A stretch of DNA of 64,000 bases from Eledone cirrhosa (taxonomy: Eukaryota), in NCBI GenBank assembly GCA_964016885.1, contig OZ024740.1, forward strand, positions 337,032,001-337,096,000, read 5' to 3'. Shown here piece by piece: positions 1-12,803 of the stretch (its first letter is position 1; every line of letters begins with the position of its first letter). The notes under the pieces are model-generated. The model made no database searches. It was not told the DNA's origin and saw only the letters and a list, made by a program, of their open reading frames with translations. Both the position numbers and the translations under genes were made by a program.

Positions 1-256
1 GAATCGGAACTGAGGGCAGCGTCAGATTTAGGTCTTGGTAGGCAGAGAGGCTTTCTTTTAGTGGTGTTTTCTGTTTTAGTGCTCTGTTTTGATGGCTGAT
101 TCTTAGGAGAGAATTTGGATTCTGAACTTGATGATGGAGGTGTGTCAGAAGGAAGTGGTGGTTTCGAAGGAGGAGTATCAGATGGCAGAGGTGGTATGAA
201 ACAGTTAGTTTCAGCTAAGCGACATGTCCCAAGATCTTCATAGTAAGGGAAACTCT
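1..256 (-). CDS. ZCCHC8: ZCCHC8 exon 15 (partial, Pro-rich)
   Basis: SFPYYEDLGTCRLAETNCFIPPLPSDTPPSKPPLPSDTPPSSSSE...; frame stays open to the window edge. Confidence 0.88.
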
Positions 257-3200
257 CTGTATGAAGTAAAGAAAAGAAATAACATCAATGGAAAAGTGAA
301 AAATGAAAACAGAACAGGTAGTACCTCTAAGTAACATCCAACACTTTTCAAATTTAACATTTCAAGGCATCAAACATGTGATTTAAATCCCAGATGAAAG
401 TGACTTAGGCTTTTTATCCTAAGATGTGTACAAGTTATGTACAGAGTTGACATAACTAACTATAACCCCTTTACAAAAAAAAAAAAAAAAAAAAAATGTG
501 GCCTTAGGCACATGTTAGAAATTGTTAGTTTCACTGAATGATAACAGTTCTAAGACTTGTTTTATGTCTTCTAAATGGTTTGGGTACTTGGTGAGTCTAT
601 AGAGTGTCATATTAAATGCTTTGTAGTATTTCTCCTAACTTTTTGCACCGAGTTCAAATCCATTTTTTTGTCATTGGAAAAATGGCGACATGATATAGGA
701 CTAGGGCCATCTATCATTAAAACAACCATAAAAACCCCTATGAGAAGCAACCTCGTAAGAGGCCAGCTAAACCTAAGCAGGTGTGAGCCATAACATGTAT
801 TCTACGATCAAAGCAGGACTTAGGTTGCCATTTAGTGCAAGAAGAATTTATGAATTTGAAGATATAAACTGTTTTATTTGAAAATTGTTATGAGATTGAA
901 TCTCATCAAGATTGCTGTGCTGAGTTGTTTCAATAATGCACTGAGCATCACCATTTTGTAGAGAATAAATTTTATTAACCCTTTAGCATTTACACTGGCT
1001 GTATCCAATCAAAATTTTCTCACTTCTTTCTGTTCAAACCAGCCATAACCAGCTGCTCATACTTTTGTTAAAGTATTATTTGCAAAATAAATAATATCAA
1101 AATCTTGTAGATTCGATATTCTGTGAGATAAAGTGTTTACTATGAAAATACGATAGTAAATACAGAGTAATCTAAATGTTAAAGGGTTAAATTAAATAAA
1201 CCACACGACAAAATATGCTGATGTGAGTTTGAATCATTTGCAAAAATCTAGTTTTCCCATGTCATACATTTGAATACAACAATAGATAGGTTATGAAACA
1301 TATACACTCATATACATAGACTAGCAGAAAAACATGCAGAGGTCAGTATTTCAACCAATATATATGCATGTAAAGGCACATTGGTTTAGTGGTTAGGGTG
1401 TCCAGCTCAGAATTGCAAGCTCATGAGTTTGATTCCTGGTTTGCACTGAGTCTTTGAACAAGACACTTTATTTCACATTGCTTCAGTCCATCTAGCTGAT
1501 ACAAATGAGTTATACATGAAATTTAAAGGACCAGCCTTATCACACACTATGTCACTCTGAATCTTCCTGTGACCTGCATTAAGGGTACATGTGTTTTTGG
1601 AATGCTCGGTCATTTGCATGTAAATTTCATGAGCAGGCTGTTCCATTGATCAAACAACTGCAACACTTGTCGGAACTGACGGAGGTCTAATATACACACA
1701 AACATAGTTACATGATGACGATAATGATTTCTACTATAGGCACAAGGCCAGCAATTTGGGGAGGAGGAGGAGGGGAAGTCGATAAAATCGACACCAGTGC
1801 ATTACTGGTTCTTTATTTTATCGACCCCATAAGGATGAAAGGCAAAGCTAACCTCGGTGGGATTTGAACTCAAAATGTAAAGGGCCATAACTCTATACTG
1901 CAAAGTATGGTGTTTGACGCTCTACCGATACTGCCAATCCACTGCCCTGATTGATGATGATGATGTGAGAGAAATAGAAGAGGGGAGAGAGAGATAAAGA
2001 TGAAGTAGAAATACCTTCTGCATCAATCTCCATATCAGAACTAGAAAGAAATACCCTTCGTTTAGGATTTCCATCTTTATCAGTGTCTCGTTTCCGTTTC
2101 TTAGCATCATCCTGCAAAACGAAGAAAATATGGTAAACACCAACCTTAACATGGTAGCTGTCATGCATAGAAGGGTCTCAATGTTGCAATCTGTCCAGTC
2201 TTTGATGTTGTCAGGCCAGGAATTTCTTTGTCTGCTTCTTCTTCACTCTCCTCCCTTGAGTGTTCCCTGAAGGATTGTTTTAGGCAAAGAGTTGCTGTGG
2301 GATACATGACTAAACCAGGCAGGCTTCCATCTTTTTACCATCACAAGGAGTAATTTCTGTCTTACAGCACATTTATTAACTTGCTGTCTCACAAAGCTGT
2401 TTTGTGCTCTGTGTACAGGATGTTTGGCAGCTAGCAGCCTTCTGAAGTATTTGTGCTTGAAAGCCTGGATTTTTTTATACAGAAGGATCAAAGTCACTGG
2501 GGACTTGTTATGGCGATAATAGCACTAAATACTGTCGCTATGATAATGGTGGCAGTAATTGTAAAAACAAACAAAAATACTGATGACTTACTTGGTTTGT
2601 GTGTAATACTTTCTTCAACTGATGTTCTTGGATAGGTGGAAAGTCATACTTGTAATGTTCCTGAATAAAAAACAAACAACTATAGTAGCAGTAGTGTAAA
2701 GCAATGCTACTCAAAGTGGTGGTCCGCGAACTGGTGCCGGTACGCGAGCCATCAGCTGCCGGTACGCGGCCAGTGTCGAGGCCATGCTAAGGAATCATTT
2801 GAGGAATTTTTTTAATTACTTTTTTATATGTTTTGATATTGTATTATTTGTTTACAAAATAAATAGAAGATAAAAAAATGGTCAACTATTATTATATTCA
2901 TTATATATATCGTTTCCGGTATAAATTAATATTACTACGAAATATTAGCGGTACGTGGCACATTGAAAAAAAAAAATGCCGGTCTGCCACATCAGATAGT
3001 TTGAGAAGCACTGGTGTAAAGCAGCCTCCTATGAGATGCAACCTCATAGGAGGCTGGCTTAACCTCCACTGGTGTTGAACTGTAACAACACTAACAGTGA
3101 GAATTGGACAGGTTAATGCATGTACCATACTCCTACTAGAGAACAAAATTGACATGTGTGAATGCAAGGCCACATAAGACCAGGATTTTTTTAGTAATTC

Positions 3201-6200
3201 CAATATTTATAGTATCTTTACTAGTGGACAGATTATTGTGTAAAACTGCAGTATTACAGTAATGACTAATTTTTCATGTGAAGCAGTTGTAGTGATATTT
3301 TGTACTTTTTAAAAATGTCTTGCTAATGTAAAGGCAGTGAATTAATTGGTAGTCATACTGGTGTCAGATTAAATGCCTTGGTGTTTGTTCTAGGTAACTG
3401 TGCTCCGAGTTTAAATTGCGAGGTCAATTTTGCCTTTCATCCTTTCAAGACCGATAAATAAAGCACCAGATCTTTACTGGGATTAATTCTTGATCTATAT
3501 CTGCTTTTCAAATTCTCTTTCTCACCCCCTTATTCTCTGGAAGAAATCAGTTGTGTTCAGACCTGGGGAGTGCTGGGCTCTGCCAGGTTTTAAATGCCAA
3601 AGATGGCACCCCTATGACTCCAACAGGAGTTAATGGCCCTTTTCTTGCCTTCCTTATTAATGCTGTTTCATGTGGTACAGGAGGTTAAGAATTAACCCCA
3701 TAGCATTTAAACTGACTGTATCCGGCCAGAATTCTCTCACCTCTTTCTGTTCAAACCAGCTGTACCTGATTGCTCATACTGACGTTAATGTATTGTTCTC
3801 AAAATAAATAATATCAAAATCTCATAGAATCGATATTGCAAGGTAAAGCCTTAACTGCGAAAATATAATAGTAAATATAGAGTAACATAAATGCTAAAGG
3901 GTTAAACAAGACAAGACAGCAAAACATTCTCTAAAGCAGAGGTTTCCAAACTGTGTATTATTAAAGTAAATCAAAGCTGATCAGATCAATTTTTACAAAT
4001 GTGAAGTATATTTGAGATCTGACAACTTTATATGCAATAAGATGACACATGAGGCATTTGATTGTTTACTGGTTGATTTTGTGTTGCTAAACAAAATGAA
4101 AGAAACTTCACAGACACAATCATTTATGCCGGATTTTCATGTTGGTATGGGTTAAATGGATTTTTATGATCTGAATCAGTTCTTATTTGGAGTCACTTGC
4201 ATGTATACTCCTAGATAAATTAGAGGGACAGAGTCTCACTCATATATTTCAATTTTTTGACAGTTTCTACAGCCAGATGCCTTCCTAACATCAACCACTT
4301 TACTGAGTGTACTGGGTGCATTTTATCATGGCACTAGCATTAGAGACATTGTATCCTCAACATAACTAAAGAGAGCTCTCTACCCTATAGTGCCTCTGTT
4401 TTAGATATTACACATTTAAAATATTTGAAGACATTAAAATAATGAAAAATAAAAACAAAAATGCATACATCCCGATATCCTTCAGGGAGTGGAACAGTGA
4501 AACCAGGGTATTCAATGATTAGATCTGGATCAATCTCATCTGGAAACAAACACAAGAGAAATCAAGATATATGACTGATAGGTGTAACAAGAATATCAAG
4601 GTCATTTCCCCTGTTAAAGAAAGGGTTAGCCATGTGGACCACATATACAAACTTCTCAATCTTGCATATCGTCTGCACCACTCCCACATCAACCACCTGG
4701 CTTTCATTTCCTTCTCTATCATCTTTTGATAAGTTTTTTTTGGTCTTCCCTTTCCTCTACTTTCTGTCACATTCATTTATGTCACTCATTTTATCCAGTC
4801 ACTTTAATCCTTCTTTAACACATGACTCAACCATCTCATTCCAGTTCTCTTCAGAACATTAATTACTGGTACTATTTCCACAATCATCAGCAAGTCCGTT
4901 TTACCCTATCTGGGCTGTACTCTGCTCATCCAATGAACCATTCTCATTTCCATTTTTACCAGCTTTCTCTGTTGCTCTCATTCATTACCTATATTTCATT
5001 TCTATAAATCATAGCACTCCTCACACATAACTGAAAGGAATATAAATGTAACACAAACAATAGATGGTGACAATTTTGGAGTATCTCCAAATGAAGTCCT
5101 CCCTAGAAGCAAGCCCCTACTAGAACAGACTAAATACAAAATTCTAAGATTGTTACTTGTTATAAGATCTAATCATACAACAGTCTAATTCTTTTTGTAT
5201 TTGGTGGTAGAGATGATATAATAGTATATTAAATATCAAATGATACATATTATATATAAATATAGTAAAATAAAAAAATATATAATATCTATTTATACAT
5301 AGTATATATTATATTATTTATTATATATGGAGGCACATGGCCTTGCAATCGAAAGGTTGTGAGTTCAATTCTCAGACCGGATGATGTGTTGTTTCCTTGA
5401 GCAAGACACTTTATTTCACATTGCTCCAGTTTACTCAGCTGTAGAAATGAGATGATAGGACTGGAGTCCCTATTATTCCACTGTAAAGTGGACGTGTAGG
5501 CGCCACGGCAAAAAAGCACCCAGCCCACACTGTAAAGTGGACGTGTAGGCGCCACGGCAAAATAGCACCCAGCCCACACTGTAAAGTGGACGTGGAGGTG
5601 CCACGGCAAAAAAGCACCCAGCCCACACTGTAAAGTGGACGTGGAGGTGCCATGGCAAAAAAGCACCCAGCCCACACTGTAAAGTGGACGTGGAGGTGCC
5701 ATGGCAAAAAAGCACCCAGCCCACACTGTAAAGTGGACGTGTAGGTGCCACAGCAAAAAAAGCACCCAGCCCACACTGTAAAGTGGACGTGTAGGTGCCA
5801 CAGCAAAAAAAGCACACAGCACTCACTGTAAATGAGGTTGGTGTTAGGAAGGGCATCCAGCTGTAGAAATCAAGCCAGAATCAGTTCCCGTCCCACCCTT
5901 GCAAGCAGGGAAAAGAGGACGTAAAATAATGATGATGATGATGATGATGAATTAACGATTTTATTTATATTTACGATTTGCATGCAGGTAGGTCTCCCTG
6001 GAAATAGGGTTGTGGGTGCTGAGGGTATTATGTGGCCGTGAGGGGGGGGGGGGGGGGGACGACGACGACGACGACGGTAGCCCCAAAAGTTTGAGAACCT
6101 CTGATTTACAGGAATAATTATAACACTGTTCAGTTACTTACCATCTCCAGTCACTGACAGCTCAACTTCACCTTCTTCAAGAGTATCTCCAGAAACACCA

Positions 6201-9200
6201 ACCTCTGAAATGAAACACATATAGTGATTATGAAACTGCTATATTATAAGGTAAGGTGTGGCAGTAAGTTGAGGTGGTTTTATTAACTTTTCACAGGGTA
6301 TTAGAAATAGAACTGAAACAGTTGAAGCTGGGAAACAAGGCTTGTGCTTCAATGGGAACTTACCACCACAAGATGGTGTCAACTACTACTATCATTTGGT
6401 TGATTTAAGTGATCTGTTTAGGATTTTATAGTGTATGGTTTTCAGTTTTTACTGTTTAGTCAAGGAGAGAAGAATTGTACCCATAACATCTTTTAGGGGC
6501 CATCGAGACAGAAGGGAGGGGAGTAGGAAGATATTCTTAAATTGGAAGCTTGGTTTGAATGCTTGTAACAGGGAATTCTGCAAATGAAACTAAAAAACCA
6601 AGTGGTGGTGTTAAACTGGACAACTGATTAAGACTACTATTCAAATAGGCCAGTGGGATTTGAGCTTAGAATGCAAAATGCTGAAATCAAAAATTTGTTG
6701 TGTATGCTATTCAGAATACCATCATCCCTTAACCCTTAGCATTCAAACTGGCCATATCTGGCTAGAATTCTCTCACCTCTTTCTGTTCAAACCAGCTGTA
6801 ACTGGCCACTCATACTGATGTTAAGGTATTGTTCTCAAAATAAATAATATCAAAATCTCATAGATTCGATATTATGTGAGGTAAAGCCTTTACTGTGAAA
6901 ATACAATAGTAAATATAATAGTATATATATAGAGCAATATAAATGCTAAAGAGTTAACTTACCTATCTAGGTATGGTATTTAATAGGTTAGACCAAGGAA
7001 GCCAAAAATGATTGATGCTACAACTCAGGGAGTCAATTGAACTTTGGGGCCAAAACATGACATTTGTGTAAGAAATGAAAATACATAAAATAATACAATA
7101 AAATATAACATGCATATATAGGTCTCTGATTTAAATCTAATTAACTTTTACTGTTTATTTTTATATTATGTTTACTTATTTATTTTTGTACATGCTTGGG
7201 GTGAAGGATTCTATGAAAGGATCAATGGTCCAGTGTGGGGATTCCTGAGTTAAACAAATGATTAGATAGATGTAATACCAGTAGGGTGTCTAGGAATAGT
7301 ATAGGTTAGACCAGTGATTTCAAAATTCATTTTATCGTGGAACCCTTATAAAATTTTTCCAAAAAAATGCGGAACCTAAGCCAATGTTTTCTGGACAATC
7401 TGCATCACTCTACTTTTAATAAGTCATTAAATGAAACAAATTGTTTTATATTCATAAAAAAATAGCACAAAGAATTTTTATTAACTTTTATTAACCCCTA
7501 TCAAACTAAACCACATAGAACCACTCCTGGTTCCAGGATACAAAGCTGTTTATTTTAAAGAGTATTTATATATAACTAAAAACCTTTCATCATAATTTTA
7601 TGTAAGAATCTTTGTTAAATTATGTTCAAAACACCAGCTTAATAATTAGAAAGTTAGTTACATTATTAAATCCCTCAACATTCTTGATTATTTCCAAAAT
7701 GATTCACAAATCATAGCGTCTTCCATTTGATGTATAGTAATGAAAGGATTAAAAGACACCTCATCTAATGAAACCCAAGAATGTTTTTGCGGAACCCTCT
7801 TTGGGGGAAACACTGGAATAGACCAATAAGATATTATAAATCAAGATAGGAAAGAACAACGACAACAATAATGCTTACGTTTGCCATGTTTATCAAATAA
7901 AGACATTCCTGAAGCTGTCTTTGTCTTGGCTTCTTGTAGCCAACCTGGAGGGTATCCATAAAACCTCATTTTATATATATGAATGGGTACTGTGTTGGGG
8001 CCTAGCCTCATAGCTTCACGTAAATTATCACTGCAATGAAAGGAGAAAGGTGACTGCATCATCATCATTTTACTTCCACTTGTTGCATAGGTTGCACAAG
8101 ATACTTGGGGAACATTTTCTACAGCTAGATGCCCTTTCTGGTGGCAACCAATATTTTATTTTCAGTATGGTTTATACTGCAGACGTTTTTCAATCTGCTA
8201 TAGCAGAGGTTCTCAAAGTGGGTGCTACCCCGACCCCCGACGGGGGCATTGAGAAGGTCCAGAGGGGCGGTAGAGATGATGATCATCATCATCGTCCCAC
8301 TTGAGGCAAGATTGGTCAGGTGACTGTGTCTCGCTTGTATAGAACTGTATTTGGCTGGTTTTCTACGACTGGATGCCCTCCCTAACACCAACCACACTTA
8401 CAGTGTGGACTGAGAGCCTTTTTACCATGTCTTCTACACGACCACTTTACAGCGTGGATTGGGTGCTTTTTGCCATGACACCTACACGACCACTTTACAG
8501 TGTGGACTGGATGTTCTGTGTTACCAACATAACTTTACAGAGAAAGGGTGATGTGGGGAGTATATTTGGTTGACTGTAGGTTTAACTTTGTACGCAAGGG
8601 AAGGTGGGTCTTCTGTATTATTGTGTAGCGCCAAAGGTCTTGATCCAGTGACATTGTCTAAGAGAGGTGTAAGTGTGCAAGGTCAGTTGCTATCAAGTCA
8701 TCCCAGGTTTTTCTGGGTCTACCTACTCCATAGCTTCTATCAATTTTGATCGCCCTGCACTTTTTTATACAGCTATCGTCTTTCATGCGCATCACATGAC
8801 CATACCAACGTAATCTCCTCTTATGTAAACTGCATCTAATCACTCTTATTCCTAATTTCTCACTTAGTTCATTTATGTTTTGCCAACAGAGCAGGCATAC
8901 TCCATTCCTTTCCAATCTGCGCAGGTACTGATACATATTAGATATAAATATTGTAAAATTAAAAATATATATTTATTTATACATAGTATATATTATATTA
9001 TTCATCATATATAAATTAATGATTTTATTTATTATATGTTATTTCCAATTTGTATGTAGGCAGGTCTCTCTGGAAATAGGGGTGGGGGACGCTGAGGGTA
9101 TTACGTGGCCATGAGGGGGGTGGGGTGACCCCAAAAGTTTGTGAACCTCTGTACTATAGGATGCATTATTCATGAGGAGTATAAACAAACACCACTGTTT

Positions 9201-12200
9201 CCATCTACTAAATTTGCTCACAAGGCATTGGTCAGCATGCAGCTATAGTAGATGACACATACACTGTGTGACTGAACCCAAATCCATTTGGTTCTGTAGC
9301 AAACTTCTTAACTCCATGCCTATATGAGCTATGAAACAATGTTAGAAATAAAGCCTAGAAGAGCTGTAGTTTGTATAGTAGAGGCATCGAGGTAGTTAAC
9401 TAAATTGTAATAGTTTAGGGAAATTTGATATGCAAGTATAAAAAAATAAAACAAAGACAACCAAACATATGATGATGATGATATTGACAAAGCGATTTTC
9501 TTAGAAAATAGTAAAAATGGGGGAAACTCCATTACAAGCGTAATACAGGTTTCAAAAACAAAACATTTAAAGAGGAAAGTATGAAAACTGTTTGAATTAC
9601 ATAAACAGTCTAAAGAAGAGGCAAGTAAATGGCACAATCATGTGAAGAAATAGTATAAAACAGAAATAAAACAGGTGAAGAAAAAAAAAGCCCAAAGAAC
9701 TGAAAATGGAGTGATGTTGTACACAGAAAATGGGAACTCAACACATGTACACATACTTATATCATGGAGTGTGTTGGAAAAACTAGGAAGGAAAATTTAT
9801 GGTCAAATGTTTACTAAAAATTTACATAAATCAAATTAGTGGAAAACATAAATGATTAAAGTGAATGATATATTTCTGTGAATCAAATTAATCAACAATA
9901 ACACAAGCATGATAGAATAGATGGGGGCTGAGTATATGTAAAAAACTTACCTTATAATACCAGGTTTAAAATTAGAAAACCGTATATCTGTGTCAGCATG
10001 GTATCGTGAAGTTCTGTAATTTAATGAAAAAAAAGTTACTAATTTTCATGAAGTGCAAATTATTTTGAATACAAGTGAGGTGTTATTAATAGACCACAAG
10101 CTTGTCTTATCTTATAGATGCCTCTGAGTAAAGTTATAAATATCCACCCCATTTTCTCTTGACAAAAGATTACAGCCATTGTAATGACATCTGTTACAGC
10201 AATCTAAACAGCATAGTTCATAACTTCAAGACCTCTTCTGCTATAGTACACCACTGGTCAATTGACCATCATGAGTAATATAAGTATATTAAGTAATAAG
10301 ATCTTACTAAAGAGCATCCCAGACCATGTAAACAATCCTACAATAGGCACAGGTCTGTAACCATTCATAACATTAACCACTCCAAACAATTGTAGCCTAA
10401 CTTAAGAATAATAATGTCTTTCTAAGTACAACAATAGCAAGTCCTTTTAACCATAATATTAACCAGTCATTACCACACTGAAATCATTCTTTTGACTTAC
10501 AACAGAAGTCACAGTCCTTCTAACCATAATATTAACCAGTTTTAACCATACTGTTATCAAGTCAATTCCAAAAGGTAAAAACCTAAATGTAACAATAAAT
10601 AGTTCAACAGGGAACATTTATATAGCAAAGAATTAATATTACAAAACTAATAGTCCTTTTATTGTTGCAAGTTAAGGAGCTTTCTGAGTCATCAAGTTGT
10701 AGTTTCTTGTTTTCACAACTGCCCACTACTGTTAGTCTAGTCAGATAACTTGCACCCTCTCTCTCTCTACACACACATATATGTGGTTGACATTAGGAAG
10801 GGCATCCAGCCACAGAAAACAACTGAAAACCAGTCCTGTATGAGCAAGACACGGTCATGTGATCTGGCTGTCTCACAACAGGACAACCCGTTTAACTCAT
10901 GGAAAAATGAACGTTGAACAATGATGATATATACATATTCACTATGACAAAAGACCTAACAACTTAAATTCATTCTTTAGTTTCTGTGTCCGTTTCAATA
11001 TGGTTACAATAGTACATGCATATGTAAACAATTAATTATCAATTATTAACCTCATACATAATACATTTCTTCAGGAAAATATGAGAAGGAACAATATATA
11101 TATATATAGGGATTGTAACGTCCAGTTAGTGTAGGTTCACCAGAGTGATTTTGTTATTACCACAACAGAGGTCCGACGAGCTTTTGATTCCAGAGTCAGG
11201 CTAGATTGATACAGATCGAACTTTGAGCTGATCAATAGCAAAACGTGCGTCACTACTCAATAAACGTAATGAAGACAAAACAAATCGTCCTTTTTATTAT
11301 TACATATATATAATTTATTAGCAGGACAAACAGATGTTAAATAGTGATTATACTGACACATTGCAGTATGAAGAGGAGTTTATTCATAACAGCTTATTTT
11401 TACTAGAACACTAGCATTTTCAGACATACACACACTAGTTATTCCCTCTAACCAATCCTAAGTATACTGTAATCATCTTCTCACGTACCACAATAACAAT
11501 CAGTCCTTCCAAACACACCTGTAACCATCTCCATATCCACAACAATAACCAGTGCTTACTCCCTAACAATAAATACATATTATGACATTAAACCCCAAAA
11601 GGAGATAGTTCAGATACTTACTTGGGGTTACTACTCTGGCTATTTTGCATAAAGTTCTGACGATTCATCTGGATACGAGCTGGATCCTTTTTTTCTTTAC
11701 AGTCTCTGATCATATGTGCTCCTCCACAGTTGAAACACTGTGGCTTCTTCCTGCGATAATGGAATAGATACAAACAGGTTGAGATAGAGATAACAATTTA
11801 GTTTAACACAATGGAAAACACTAAAAAAAAAAAGGTAATTAAAAGAATATCTTTTTCTAAACACGTTCCACCTGTAGTTGAGTAGAAAATGTCAAATATA
11901 GCAAATATATTTGTTTTTTGATTTTCAGGAAATTGTTGTGGTTGTTAAATGTTGTAATTTGGAGTTTAAATGGTAGAATGGCTTCAACCTGAATTGACTT
12001 GAAAATTGAAACTTCTGGGGAAAGCTGCAACTCAGCTAAGTTCAGTAGAGTAATTTCTGTTCTATCTGTATTGTAGTTTCAAGTCGAAAATATTGTTCCA
12101 TTGGAAATTAAGATTTACTAATTATATTGATCTATATTCATTTTTTAAATCAAATACATTGTCTATGCATTTCAATTAATTTTGGATTAATTTCAATTAA

Positions 12201-12755
12201 TACTGGAAAGCAGAAATGCTGGAGTCATGATAAAATACACTCAACCCACTCTGTAAAATGGTAGTGTTAGTTCTATGAAAAAATGCACCCAGTTTACACA
12301 GTGTAAAGTGATAGTGCTGGTGCCACAAAAAAAACAAAACAAAACAAAAAATAACCAGTTGACCCTGCTAGGTGGTAGTGGTGGTGGTGCAATAAAAAAA
12401 AGAAACACATTACATATTAGGAAGGGCATCAAGCCATAGAAATCATGCCAAATAGAACATACAAGCAAGGCAGTTATGTGACTTGCTTTTTAGACAACCT
12501 GACTAACTCCCGATGATGATGATGAATCATCAAGAATTCAAAGAGATTTAGTTTAATAGATGGAGACACATATGGAAGCTTGTTGGAGGGAGCTTTTCTG
12601 ATCTTTTCTGGCTGATAAACTTAATCAGGTCACCTGGTTGTGGGCTCCTTTATTAGATCAGATCCACTTTTTTGAAAACATTTGGATCAGGTCTTTTGTC
12701 AGTGGATAACATCCTCCCACCAGTCATGGACGCTACCCTTCCTCCTTTAAGCCAT

Positions 12756-12803
<48 letters not shown>

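Noticed and set aside
5289-5856. Three overlapping 126-177 aa ORFs
   Set aside because: Produced by the stop-free 49-bp tandem repeat within a SINE.
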